Assembly: GCA_951406725.2 (NCBI GenBank)
Contig: OX597818.1
Span: 109,430,001 to 109,494,000 of the forward strand
Origin: Octopus vulgaris
Lineage: Eukaryota
Direction: 5' to 3'
DNA length: 64,000 nucleotides
Shown: in pieces, positions 11,751 to 26,075 of the stretch
Layout: the number at the start of each line of letters is the position of its first letter
How positions within the stretch are numbered: the first letter of the stretch is position 1
Translations under genes and position numbers: made by a program
Notes under the pieces: model-generated
Told to the model about the DNA's origin: nothing
The model's database searches: none
The model's input: only the letters and a program-made list of their open reading frames with translations

Positions 11751-14700
11751 AAACTATTCTACTGGTTTTTCAGTTAAATCATAAAGTTAAACCAATTGGT
11801 TTGAAGTTTTCCACATTAAGCACTAAAATATTCCTAGATAAGTCACTGCCAGATTCTAAAATTCTATGGTGGACACTGTTGCTTGTGCATTAAAATGTTT
11901 AGGTGTTTATAATTGTAGTTTTGCCACAGCTATCTTGGAATCAAATATTCAACAAAATAAATTAATTTTGAAAAAACCCTAAATCCATAAACAATTCTCC
12001 ACACAGCTAATCCCGTTTTCAACTATTCTTTCTCGCCCTGAGACTAACAAACTCTAAATTACAGATTTGGAGCTAAAAGAAAAAATTCAGTGAACCATTC
12101 TATCTGAGGATGAGGGCAGTTGTTTAGTGCCAAGCCAGCTCTGATTAAATAAACTTATAATTAAAAACATTCCAGTTAAGACTATCCCTGCTTTATGTTT
12201 ATCTATGACTACATTATCCAAGGTCCTTTTTTAGGTTATCACTTTAGGGGGTATGGCTGCTTTTTCTAGTAGGGCAAGTAACTGTATAGAGGCTCTTACA
12301 CACTTGAAAGACTATTCTATCAAAAGAGATCGTTTCAACAGCAGCAGCTTCTAGATATTTATTTTGAAATAGCTGAATACAGACTGTTCTTGCTATTCAG
12401 TGAATATTCCGACTGGGTGAATATGATCAGTTTTATCTAACATGAAATGATCAGCAATTTATCTAACTCGAAATTATCATTAAGTATAAACAGAAAATTA
12501 AGAGGAAAAGAAAAACAATACTTTCCATTTCCAATCAACAATGTGATCATAACTAACATAGTTTAAACATTCTAAACACTAAGAAATTGGTGAGGCCAAT
12601 CTAATTTAGGATGATGCCTCCAAAGACAAAATAATTTGATATACAGTTGATATTTAATAATTCAGACATGTCATCCATATGAAAAATGATGGTTAAGTTA
12701 GTGTTAGTTTATTTCATGAAGAGAACATTAGCAAATTAACTGGCAGTAATATTTCTCACCAGGTAAAGAAATCAAAATATGAGCACTTTGTCGATGAGGA
12801 CCTTGATAAGGGTTGGCATGTGGCCTCATTTTTCATTGAAATCAGCTGCCACAGCTTTCTATCTAGATTAGTGTGCTTTTTCTTGCAGAAGATAGGACCC
12901 CAGACAGCTGAAGAAAACCATCAAGGAAATAAGCACAGCAGCTGAAACTAGCTCAAGATAGCTATGGTTGATAAGAGACTGCAAATGGAACCCTTCCATG
13001 GGTGAAGACTAGTTCAGTCCTCAATGCCCCACTCAAGTAAAACACACTGGCTAAGAGGCAGAACACTGAAATACCTGCTGATGATATGGAAGGGTTTCCA
13101 GCATTGCAAAGGATTTAGAAGAGCTAGCAAAACCTCTGAGGAGCTCCTGCACTTTCTGCATGGGGCAAAAAATCTCTGATGTTTATTTCACCTTGTGTAA
13201 TGACAGGGAAACATTTTTTATCCAAGTTGTACAGGAAACAACAATGAACACACTTCAGTCTTATTTTGAAAATATCAAAAATGAAAATAACATCAGTCAT
13301 TAACTAATATATATATATTTCTAGTTAACTTTTTAACGTTCCCTGTACTGAACACAAACTTAACTGTTTTTCATAAGGATGGCATCTCAACATAGGTTAT
13401 TCAATTGTGACTTCAGACTTAGAGCCAGAAGGACTCAGAGACACAAGCCAGTCTAGAAAAGGAAAATATAGAATCTTAAGAATTCATCAAACAATGAGAG
13501 ATTTAGAGAAGTTCTAATTAAAGCATTTAATTAGGAAGAGACAAAAACAGACAAACACAGAGGTCTACTGGAAGTTCTTACCAGACAATCTACCGGGGGC
13601 TACAGACCAAGAAGTCTGTGGCTGTTGAAATGTTCTAGCCAGACCAAGGGTGATATGGTGGTAGAACAGTGAAGTAGACAAAAGCAATAAAAGCAAAGAG
13701 ACAAGTTTGGAGGGATTGGAAGAAAGGGTGTAGCAGAGAACTGTATCAGGTAGCTAGAAGAGTAATTAGTAACCCTCTATAATGTTCAAGTGAGGTTGAC
13801 AATGGAGTACTGCTCCTATATTGAGGTGGTGTTGCTACTACACACACACAAATCCTAGATCATATGAAAGTAATGTCACTCAATTGACTGGTAAGAAGAT
13901 ACTCACCAACACAAGTCAACCTCTGGCCCACACACATATGGTATCCTCTGTCTTTCCCCCAGGTACTACAGTGACCTCTGCTTCTCAGAGTTGGTTGATC
14001 TCATGCTACCTCCTCTGTGACAATTGCAATGACTTGGCTCTCCTCCTTTCATCATCACCTACACTGTGTCAACTCCCATGCCCTACCACTATAAAATTCC
14101 CCTTCGAGATCATTAACCTTCAAAAACTGTCTCTCTCAACATGTTTTTCCTGCAGTCATTAACTTACAACTGTTCAAGATGAGAAGGTTAACCACATCAA
14201 CCTCACTGGTTTTGAACAACCTACAATGGGCCTGAGCACAGCCCTTTCATCCAGATCAATCAATGAAAAAGAAAAACAAGGCCATGGGTTCAAACATTAT
14301 TAGTAGCAAGATGTTAATACCATTGTATTGCTAATTAAAGGAACCAGTTGTAAAAATATATTCAGTTTATATAGAAATAAATCCTCTAGAGCATGCTTAT
14401 AAAACTATTTTAAAAATACAGATATTAAATGCTGCTATGAGCTAATATAATGATCTTATTTCTTTTTCTAGAATTAACTATATAATCTATAGGCAAGTCA
14501 ATCTGATTGTTATTGTTGCTGTTACATTTATTTAGAGCTAGTTTCAAAATTTACAAGTCAAAATCTAAAAATGAGTTTACAACTTCAGACAATCTTTTTC
14601 TAGGATTGTAACAATAACACCTTAATTGTGTAGAATTAAAACCATATTCTCATAAACACGGAGAAAATTCATAGGCCATGCTATATAAAAAGTAAAATAA

Positions 14701-14889
14701 AACAAACTTGTTGAGAGTTGAACTTGGAGAATTTAGATTAAAATTAACATTGATTTCTGCTTTTATTTATTACAGCCATTTTTTTAATACCTTAAAATAT
14801 CTTAGAATAGTGTTTCTTGATAAGATTTTAAAACCTTGCCTAATTCTGTTTCATTTTTCATTTCAATGTCATTTTACTTCCCAGTTGAA

Positions 14890-15145
14890 GGTTTTCTTGT
14901 CTTGCAAGGTACTTGGTGACCTTGTCGGTGTTGGGGCCATGTGAAAAGCACTGGTGCTGGTGCCACATAAAAAGCACCCTGTACACTGTAAAGTGGTTGG
15001 TATTAGGAAGGGCATCCAGCTGTAGAAACCAAGCCAAAACAGAGTATGTAACCTGGTGTGACTCCTGGCCTTGCCAGCTCCTGTCAAACCATCCAACCCA
15101 TACCAGCATGGAAAACAGATATTAGATGATGATGATGATGATGAT
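14890..15145 (+). mobile_element. RTE LINE 3' UTR fragment
   Basis: ttaggaagggcatccagctgtagaaac...gtcaaaccatccaaccca..ccagcatggaaaac followed by (GAT)n. Confidence 0.85.
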
Positions 15146-15429
15146 TCTCCATGCTGGAACAGATTACAGCCTAAGTCAGTTCATATTTGGAGTTGCTTAC
15201 TCTATGATATATTTTTCAAAAAGGGTTTACCATGGTTGGATGCCCTTCCTATCAACAACCACTTTACAAAATGTATGGGATGCATTTTATTGTCACCAGT
15301 ATAAGAACTGTTGTCTGGTAACGGGCATAGCCAGAGAGTCCTCTCAACTAAATATTGTCTTTTTATTTGTTCATCAGTTTTATTTTGTATCACTTCCAGC
15401 AAGACTAAAGAGAGCTGCTTCTCTACTTA

Positions 15430-15671
15430 ATGGGAAGGGAGCTAGAATAGGAGAATGATGGAAAAGTTATAGAAAACAAGAGTGATAGGAATACGAATGT
15501 ATGAGAGAGAGAGATGTGATTGTTATTACAGAGAGAACTGAATAGAAACAGCGGTGTAATAGGAGAAGAGAGAGTGATAGGAGAGAAAGGATGATGGAAG
15601 GAAGAGTAATGGAAGAGAGAAAGGGTGATAGGAAAGTGATGCACGTTAGATGGGTGATAGATGCAAGAATA

Positions 15672-15712
<41 letters not shown>

Positions 15713-15850
15713 GACAGATAGCAATAAGACCAGGTGAGAGTAAAAGAGAGAGGGTGATGGATAGCAGTAAAAGATGGGAAATGGTAAATGAGCTAGTAAT
15801 GGATGTTAATAACAACAAGGAGAAGAGGGAATAATGGGAAAGAAAGTTAA
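15430..15850. repeat. GA-rich low-complexity tract with a (GA)n core
   Basis: Directly visible purine-rich strand. Confidence 0.8.
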
Positions 15851-16214
15851 TGTAATGGCTACCAGGAATGAAGTGACAATGTCAATAAAATAATCATTAG
15901 TAATAAACAAAGATTTAGTCAATCAACTGTTGCCCTACCTAAACTCCAAAATAAAATGGCACTGTATTCAGGGAAAATTTATTCTCACCACTCCCAATGT
16001 TCCTTAAGAACATGTCCTGACACATCTTTGCCACCATTTCTCTGTTGCTCTCTTTATCCTACTTTCTGTCTTACCCCACTTTCTTATTCAACTGGAGTAT
16101 TCCTGTATCTGCTCAACAGCAAGACACCCATTCCTGTCCCTCTATAACTCTAATCTCTCATCAGTTGGTACAAAGCCATCACCCCCTCTCTACTACTCCC
16201 TCCTCCCAACTCAG

Positions 16215-16490
16215 AGGATCTTTGTCTTGCAAGTTACTCAGTGAGCCTGCCAGTTCTAATGCCATGTAAAAAGAATCAGTGATGGTGCCACGTATAAAGC
16301 ACTGGTTCTGGTTTCATGTAAAAAGCACCCACTACACTGTAAAATGGTTGGCATTAGGAAGGGCATCCGGCTGTAGAAACCATGCCAAAACAGACAACGG
16401 AGTCTGTTGTGGCTCCTGGCCTTACCAACCCTAGTCAAACCATCCAAACCATGTCAGCATGGAAAATGGATGTTAAATGACAAAGACGAT
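16215..16490 (+). mobile_element. RTE LINE 3' UTR fragment
   Basis: Same 3' sequence as 14890-15145. Confidence 0.8.
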
Positions 16491-17355
16491 TTACAATTTA
16501 ACAAAATGGAGGTCCTCAAGCAACCCTCTTTCATTTTGCAGTTCTAAGTAACAATGGTAAAAATATAACCCAAACAGGTAAGACAACCAACTCTACAATA
16601 CTCTTACTTAACTGCATTCATTCAGAGAGAGAGCAGAAAGCTCAATATAATCTGAAAGTAGAAACACTAGAAAGCAGCATCAAAATCCCAAATCCCAACA
16701 CTATTATCTCTGAGCCAACTCAGCTTTCCATAATATATTTGGTGTATAGCCTGTAAGCTGTTACTGAAGAATCCTAATTGGATATCCAAAACATATTGAA
16801 ACTAGTTAAAAAGAGTTGATTATGCAGAAAGAAATATATTTCACAGTGAAAAATATTCTATGGTTTAGATAAGTGCAGCAGAGTTAACAATTGAAGCTAC
16901 TGTTTATCAAATACTGCTGATTGCATGTCATAAGCAAAATTACATGAACGTATATAAACAGAAGATACAAATATTACAGGCATCCCCCCACATACCCACA
17001 CTAAATAAACATAGACGCACATAGAGATATAAGCATGCGCAAGTGAAGACATACAATAGAAATACAAAATGGCTGACGGTTAGTAAGGAGAGACACAAAT
17101 AAGAAAGAAGAAAACAAAGGACCACTGATGCGGTCACAGGAGTGTGACAAAAGAACTCTGGTCGAAATAAGATTAAGATTAATGTAAAAAATAAATAACA
17201 CTGAAGCAAAATAACACCAAATATATAGTGCGTGTGTTTTTATTGGCTAAATTGGCAAAATGACCATTCCGAAATATAATAATATCTGTTTCAACACACG
17301 ACTTCACATAAAAAATCTTGCACAACAAACATTTGAACGTATATATATATATATA

Positions 17356-17590
17356 TCATCATCGTTTAACGTCCGTTTTCCGCGATAGCACGGGTTGGAC
17401 GGTTTCGACCGGGGTCTGGGGAGCTAGGGACTGCCCCAGGCTCCAGTCTAGTCTGGCAGAGTTTCTACGGCTGGATGCCCTTCCTAACGCCAACCACTCC
17501 GCGAGTGTAGTGGGTGTTTTTTACGTGCCACCTGCACAGGTGCCAGAGGGGTCTGGCATCGGCCACGTTCGGATGGTGCTTTTTTTATGT
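17356..17590 (-). mobile_element. RTE LINE 3' UTR fragment (CpG-rich, apparently young)
   Basis: catcatcgtttaacgtccgttttcc...gctggatgcccttcctaacgccaaccactcc. Confidence 0.85.
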
Positions 17591-17841
17591 GTGGGGGGGT
17601 GCAGAAATATAGGGGAGCACCAGTGGGGAGGGGTGGTTCAGAGAAATGATGACAGGTTCTAGGCAAGTAGAACGTAGGATATCAAGAGAGGGGTAATGCA
17701 TGGTGAAATAGCATATTGAAGAGGGGGGTTCGAAGAGTAGACACCTATTATGGTGGTGGGAGAAGCGACATCCGGTATGGATGGAACAAAAATATAGAGA
17801 TATCCGGTATTGGTGGTGGGGGTGGGCAGGGCGGGTGCACC

Positions 17842-18360
17842 GCGAATACACGATGGTTGATGAATACACGAGAGGCGAGATGGGTAATGGATAAATTAGT
17901 TAAAATAATTAGATAGATATAGAAATTAGTTAAAAATAGTTAGATAGATAAGAAAGCATGTATGATTGATGGGGAAGTGAAAATAAATAAATAAGCATTC
18001 AACTTATCTGCGAGATGAATGAATGAAAGAGCAGAAGTTTGGGGCTGCGTTTTTTTTAAGTAAAGATTGTCCGGAGGAAGAAGGCGCGAATACACGATGG
18101 TTGATGAATACACGAGAGGCGAGATGGGTAATGGATAAATTAGTTAAAATAATTAGATAGATATAGAAATTAGTTACAAATAGTTAGATAGATAAGAAAG
18201 CATGTATGATTGATGGGGAAGTGAAAATAAATAAATAAGCATTCAACTTATCTGCTAGATGAATGAATGAATGAAAGAGCAGAAGTTTGGGGCTGCGTTT
18301 TTTTTAAGTAAAGATTGTCCGGAGGAAGAAGGCGCGAATACACGATGGTTGATGAATACA
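17842..18360. repeat. Tandem duplication, 244-248-bp unit, about 2.1 copies
   Basis: GCGAATACACGATGGTTGATGAATACA starts at 17842, 18086 and 18334; the intervening sequences are near-identical. Confidence 0.92.
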
Positions 18361-18374
18361 TATATGTATATGTT

Positions 18375-18405
<31 letters not shown>

Positions 18406-18712
18406 GTTTATATATATATATATATGTATATGTTTATATATATATATATATGTATATGTTTATATATATATATATATATATATGTATATGTTTATATATA
18501 TATATATATATGTATATGTTTATATATATATATATGTATATGTTTATATATATATATATATATATGTATATGTTTATATATATATATATATGTATATGTT
18601 TATATATATATATATATATGTATATGTTTATATATATATATATATATGTATATGTTTATATATATATATATATATGTATATGTTTATATATATATATATA
18701 TATGTATATGTT

Positions 18713-18743
<31 letters not shown>

Positions 18744-18987
18744 GTTTATATATATATATATATATACTACAAAATTAGAGAATGGAGAAACATACTTAAA
18801 TCAGTAAAACATCAACTATATGATATAATCTATACTTTAATACACCATTACATATGAGTAAAGGCAATATATAAAATGAACCCCTATCTCATTTTATAAC
18901 CTATATATATATATATATATATGTATATGTTTATATATATATATATATATGTATATGTTTATATATATATATATATATGTATATGTT

Positions 18988-19018
<31 letters not shown>

Positions 19019-19220
19019 GTTTATATATATATATATATATGTATATGTTTATATATATATATATATATATGTATATGTTTATATATATATGTATATGTTT
19101 ATATATATATATATATATGTATATGTTTATATATATATATATATATATGTATCTGTTTATATATATATATATATATATGTATATGTTTATATATATATAT
19201 ATATATGTATATGTTTATAT
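18361..19220. repeat. Compound satellite [(TA)n-TGTATATGTT]n interrupted by a unique block at about 18765-18900
   Basis: Directly visible. Confidence 0.95.
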
Positions 19221-19790
19221 GATTGATTGATTGATTGATTCCAGTTTCAGCTCATGAGCTGTGGCCATGCTGGGGCACCGCCATTTGGTGTGCTACTTGG
19301 TTTCACTTCATGGAGGCTTTTTAGCAACTGCTATTTGGTGCATGAGAGAGTTCGATGCAGCTGCCCTCATCTGCCCCTCCTGCCGTGAAGTTGGTTCATC
19401 TGGGACACCTGACAGGAAGAGATCCAGCTCCATTTTAAAGACATCTGTATCCACCCCATGCAGGCCTCTCAGGTTCATCGGGAGGATATTGAAGAGCTGT
19501 GGGCCTCGGAAGCCCAGGCTATCACAGAATCTTGTCCTACATCTTGATGGCAAGTTTGGAGTCCTAGGCACCACGCAGTGGCGCCCAGTTCTGGCGTTTG
19601 CGTAACTCTCGATGCCAAAGTTCAGGACACTTCCCTCCAGGATCTTCCAGATGTATATTATGGCATATCTTTCCCGCCTACGCTCCAGGGAATATAATTT
19701 TAATCTCTTGAGTCTTTCCCAGTAGCTTACATTCTGCATAGAGGCTATCTTCTTTGTGTAGCTTCGTTGGATCGCCTCAAGTTCTGTGAT
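19221..19790 (-). mobile_element. CR1/L2-group LINE 3' end with (CAAT)n tail
   Basis: Translation ELEAIQRSYTKKIASMQNVSYWERLKRLKLYSLERRRERY...GPQLFNILP...FKMELDLFLSGVPDEP is typical of the post-RT C-terminus of CR1-group LINEs. A short UTR stem-loop precedes the microsatellite tail. Confidence 0.88.
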
Positions 19791-19903
19791 CAATATATAT
19801 ATATACATACATACACATACATATATATATATATATACACATATACATATATATACACATACATATACATACACATATGTATACACATATATATATACAC
19901 ATA

Positions 19904-20299
19904 TCATCATCATCATCATCATCATTTAGCGTCCGTTTTCCATGCTAGCATGGGTTGGACGGTTCTGCTGGGGTCTGTGAAGCCAGAAGGCTTCATCAGG
20001 CCCAGTCAAATCTGGCAGTGTTTCTACGGCTGGATGCCCTTCCTAACGCCAACCACTCCGTGAGTGTAGTGGGTGCTTTTTACGTGCCACCCGCACTGGT
20101 GCCAGCCAGAGCTGGCAAACGGCCACGAACGGATGGTGTTTTTATGTGCCACCGGCACGAGGGCCAGGCGAGGCTGGCAACGAACACGAAACGGGGCGGT
20201 GCTGGCAACGGTCGCGAAACGGAAGGTTCTCTTACATGCCACCGGCACTGGTAACACATCTGCAATTTCCATTGATCGATTTCCATTGATCGATTTCGA

Positions 20300-20300
<1 letters not shown>
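19904..20300 (-). mobile_element. RTE LINE 3' UTR fragment
   Basis: (CAT)n plus the family 3' sequence and three tgccacc(g)gcac repeat units. Confidence 0.85.
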
Positions 20301-22874
<2,574 letters not shown>

Positions 22875-23230
22875 AGATAGGGGTTGAAAATTCAACCCAC
22901 AATATACTGCTATATAGGTAACCCAACAAAAATTAATACATAGATGTTAGAAATTGTCAAGCAATCAGTTCATCTATTGTATTAAATGGGTAAGGGTAAT
23001 AATATTACCGTAAATTAATACTACAAAATTAGAGAATGGAGAAACATACTTAAATCAATAAAACATCAACTATCCGATGATACTCAATCCATACTTTAAT
23101 ACACCATTACATAGGAGTAAAGGCAATATATAAAATGAAATGAGATATACAGTAATAGTAAAAAGTAAAAGTAAAAGTAAAAAGATAAAGAGATATAAGT
23201 AAAAAATTACAAATACAATATGCAAATAAA

Positions 23231-23350
23231 TCAAAACTGACAGCTGTTTCGGCAGTGAGGACAGTCATACCTCATTTAACCTATAAGCCATAAAGGCAGG
23301 TATAAATGAGGCATTAACAAAGATGCCCCACGGCCTCTTCAGAGAATTAA
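23231..23350 (-). ncRNA. Type-I hammerhead ribozyme motif with an extended stem II (Penelope-like)
   Basis: Minus strand: TTAATTCT-CTGAAGA-GGC(85-nt fold-back in total)GCC-GAAA-CAGCTG-TC-AGTTTTGA. Core CUGANGA/GAAA/GUC is intact; stem III ACAGCTGT is palindromic. Confidence 0.8.
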
Positions 23351-23681
23351 ATTAAATTTGTTATAATAGTGAAAAATATTATATAATCATATACATATAA
23401 ATATAAAAATATAAAAAAGTAAAATATAAAAACTTATACATCATAATGCTACACTTGTATAATATAATACATATTTGTACAAAAAGGAAGGTAACCAGAA
23501 CAAAATAAAACAAAATATATAACAGTGTATATATAATATTAATAAGTACCGATATCATACATATTTAGCTAATAGTTTTATAAAAAAAGGGCTAACACAT
23601 ATGGAGATGAAAAATAATAATAATTAAATCCGTGGTACAGTTCATAAAATTCTAAAGCTATAAAAGTTAATAAAAATTACT

Positions 23682-23732
<51 letters not shown>

Positions 23733-23790
23733 TAATAAAAATAGATACAGTTAAGTTATCACCAAGTCCATCCTTCCAAGATCGAAATAA

Positions 23791-23890
23791 NNNNNNNNNN
23801 NNNNNNNNNNNNNNNNNNNNNNNNNNNNNNNNNNNNNNNNNNNNNNNNNNNNNNNNNNNNNNNNNNNNNNNNNNNNNNNNNNNNNNNNNN
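23791..23890. other. Assembly gap
   Basis: 100 N. Confidence 1.
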
Positions 23891-24009
23891 GCAATATAAC
23901 TCCAGTGAAGAATAATAACACCAAGCCATATAACTTAAGAAAACCGTACAGAAATAATCTCAATAAAACTGACACTAACAATAATAAAAATAAAAGTAAC
24001 TATATAATG

Positions 24010-24340
24010 TGTGATAAGAAGCATGTTTCCCAACCACATGGTTCCGGGTTCAGTCCCACAGTGTGGCACCTTGGGCAAGTGTCATCTACTGTAGCCTCTG
24101 GCCAACCAAAGCCTTGTCAGTGGATTTGGTAGACGGAAACTGATAGAAGCCCATGGTATGTATACATGTATATCTGTATATGTGTGTGTGTTTGCCCCCC
24201 TCCCATCACTTGACAACCGATGTTGGTGTGTTTACATCCCCATAACTTAGTGAGAAAAATTACAAGGCTTATAAAGAATAAGTCCTGGGGTTGATTTGTT
24301 CACCTAAAGGCGGTGCTCCAGCATGGTCGCAGTCAAAATG
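24010..24340 (+). mobile_element. tRNA-derived SINE (family A)
   Basis: cccaaccacatggttccgggttcagtccca...ccttgggcaagtg...ggcggtgctccagcatggtcgcagtcaaa. Confidence 0.88.
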
Positions 24341-25008
24341 TAATATACCAATGCAATGTACTTGCAAATAACCATACAATGGTTACTTTTTCACTCTCTG
24401 CTGGCAGACAGCAACTTCTACACACTACCAACTACTAAACAGTGAGCCAACCTTTTTCTACACTATCACTACAATTACTACTGTCTTTTTAACTACCTGT
24501 TGGGCAAACTAATAAATGTATGTAAATAATATTTCTTCCTTCTTGGTGTTGATTCTTCGATGTTCTCTGGTTTCTCCAACATGAGAACCTTTAAACGTTA
24601 CATCTACACGCTATATTTGGCAGTGGGCTACATCATATCAACCTGATATCACAGCTTTCATCCAGATCGCTACACATGCATATATGGAGACAGGACATCA
24701 CCAACGGTGCAAATAACATGAAATATGTAAACAAACAAGGGAAAAATGAGTGAAATACATAAACGAGAAAAAAATGGAAAACAGGACAAGCTAACACAGA
24801 GAAAGGACCCTTCATTAGTTGTCGGCTGTCTATCTACTCCAGATTTCGAGCTGAAATGAGGGGTAGAGAAATGATCATCTTGCTTGGAAACATGCGAGGG
24901 TTGGCTGCCTCAACAAATTTTGTCTGGCCCATGTATTGTTGAAATGCATGAAATTAAAGAATAAATCTAATATCAAAAATTTCTTTCTTAGACTGGACAC
25001 ATAAATGT

Positions 25009-25046
<38 letters not shown>

Positions 25047-25280
25047 CAGATACATCTGATCGACAAGAGTCAACAAACTCCAAACATTGGTGTCTCAGAT
25101 TCCTGGAGAGGGTGACACTGAACGAACGGGGTGTTTTCACACCTTTTTTTATCATAAGAGAGAATTTTTCTCCATGGTAACTGCAGTATATTTGCCTTTT
25201 GCAGTTGAAATATGTGACAACACATATTTCAACTAACCTAATTTGTGATTATACGTAAACACTGCTTAGCACATTTACTC

Positions 25281-25319
<39 letters not shown>

Positions 25320-25749
25320 GGTATGTGCAAGTATTTATATATGAAGTGGGAGTGAGAGTAAAAGATATTTGGCTTGATAAAAATATTTAGTCAGTGATAG
25401 TACTAAAAGATGAAACAGCATGGTGGCATTAGTGACTCAACATTTGTTTACAGGTTGTATATTTTGTCACATAATGCAAAGCCTATCTATTTATCCCAAC
25501 AAAAATTTCCACAGAAAATTCTCACAAATTTCATACATTTTTACCTTTGTTTGCCAAAACAATGGAAAAAATTTGGAAACTTTTCCACTTCATTTTCGAT
25601 GTTCTTCACTCTTACTTCAAATTAGCATTAGCATTTATTCTATCCAAAGTTGGAACCAATAAAACGGTAAATTCTTACTTTAATTGTTACAAATGCAAAA
25701 AAAAAATTCAATATTTGAAACATTTTATAATAAATAATCTTCTTTTTTT

Positions 25750-26075
25750 TTGTCTTGCAAGTACTTGGTGACCCTGTTAGTGCAGATGCCACTTAAAAAG
25801 TATCCAGTCCACACTGTAAAGTGGGTGGCATTTGGAATGGCATCCAGTTGTAAAAAAAACCTTGCTAAAACTGACCTCGCCTGTGCTTGTGCCACATAAA
25901 AAGCCTTAAGTCCACTCTGCTGAGTGGTTAGTGTTAGGAAGGTCATCCAGCTGTAAAAATCCTGCCAAAACAGACACCGAAGTCTGGTGCAGGCTTCTGC
26001 CTGGCCAGCTCCTGTCAAACAATCACACCCATGCCAGCATGGAAGGTGGATGTTAAATGATGATGATGATGATGA
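25750..26075 (+). mobile_element. RTE LINE 3' UTR fragment with internal duplication
   Basis: Two successive gtcca..ctg..agtgg..ggcatccag units, then the family terminus and (GAT)n. Confidence 0.8.

Noticed and set aside
16542-16577. Plus-strand 36-nt microexon (ttttgcag|...CAG|gtaaga); likewise 24 nt at 50105-50128
   Set aside because: Good splice signals, but no supporting gene or homology; such pairs arise by chance in 64 kb.
24630-24852. Hammerhead fragments (CTAATGAAGGG, GCTCGAAA on minus); also 5330-5370
   Set aside because: Elements are in the wrong order or too degenerate to build three stems.
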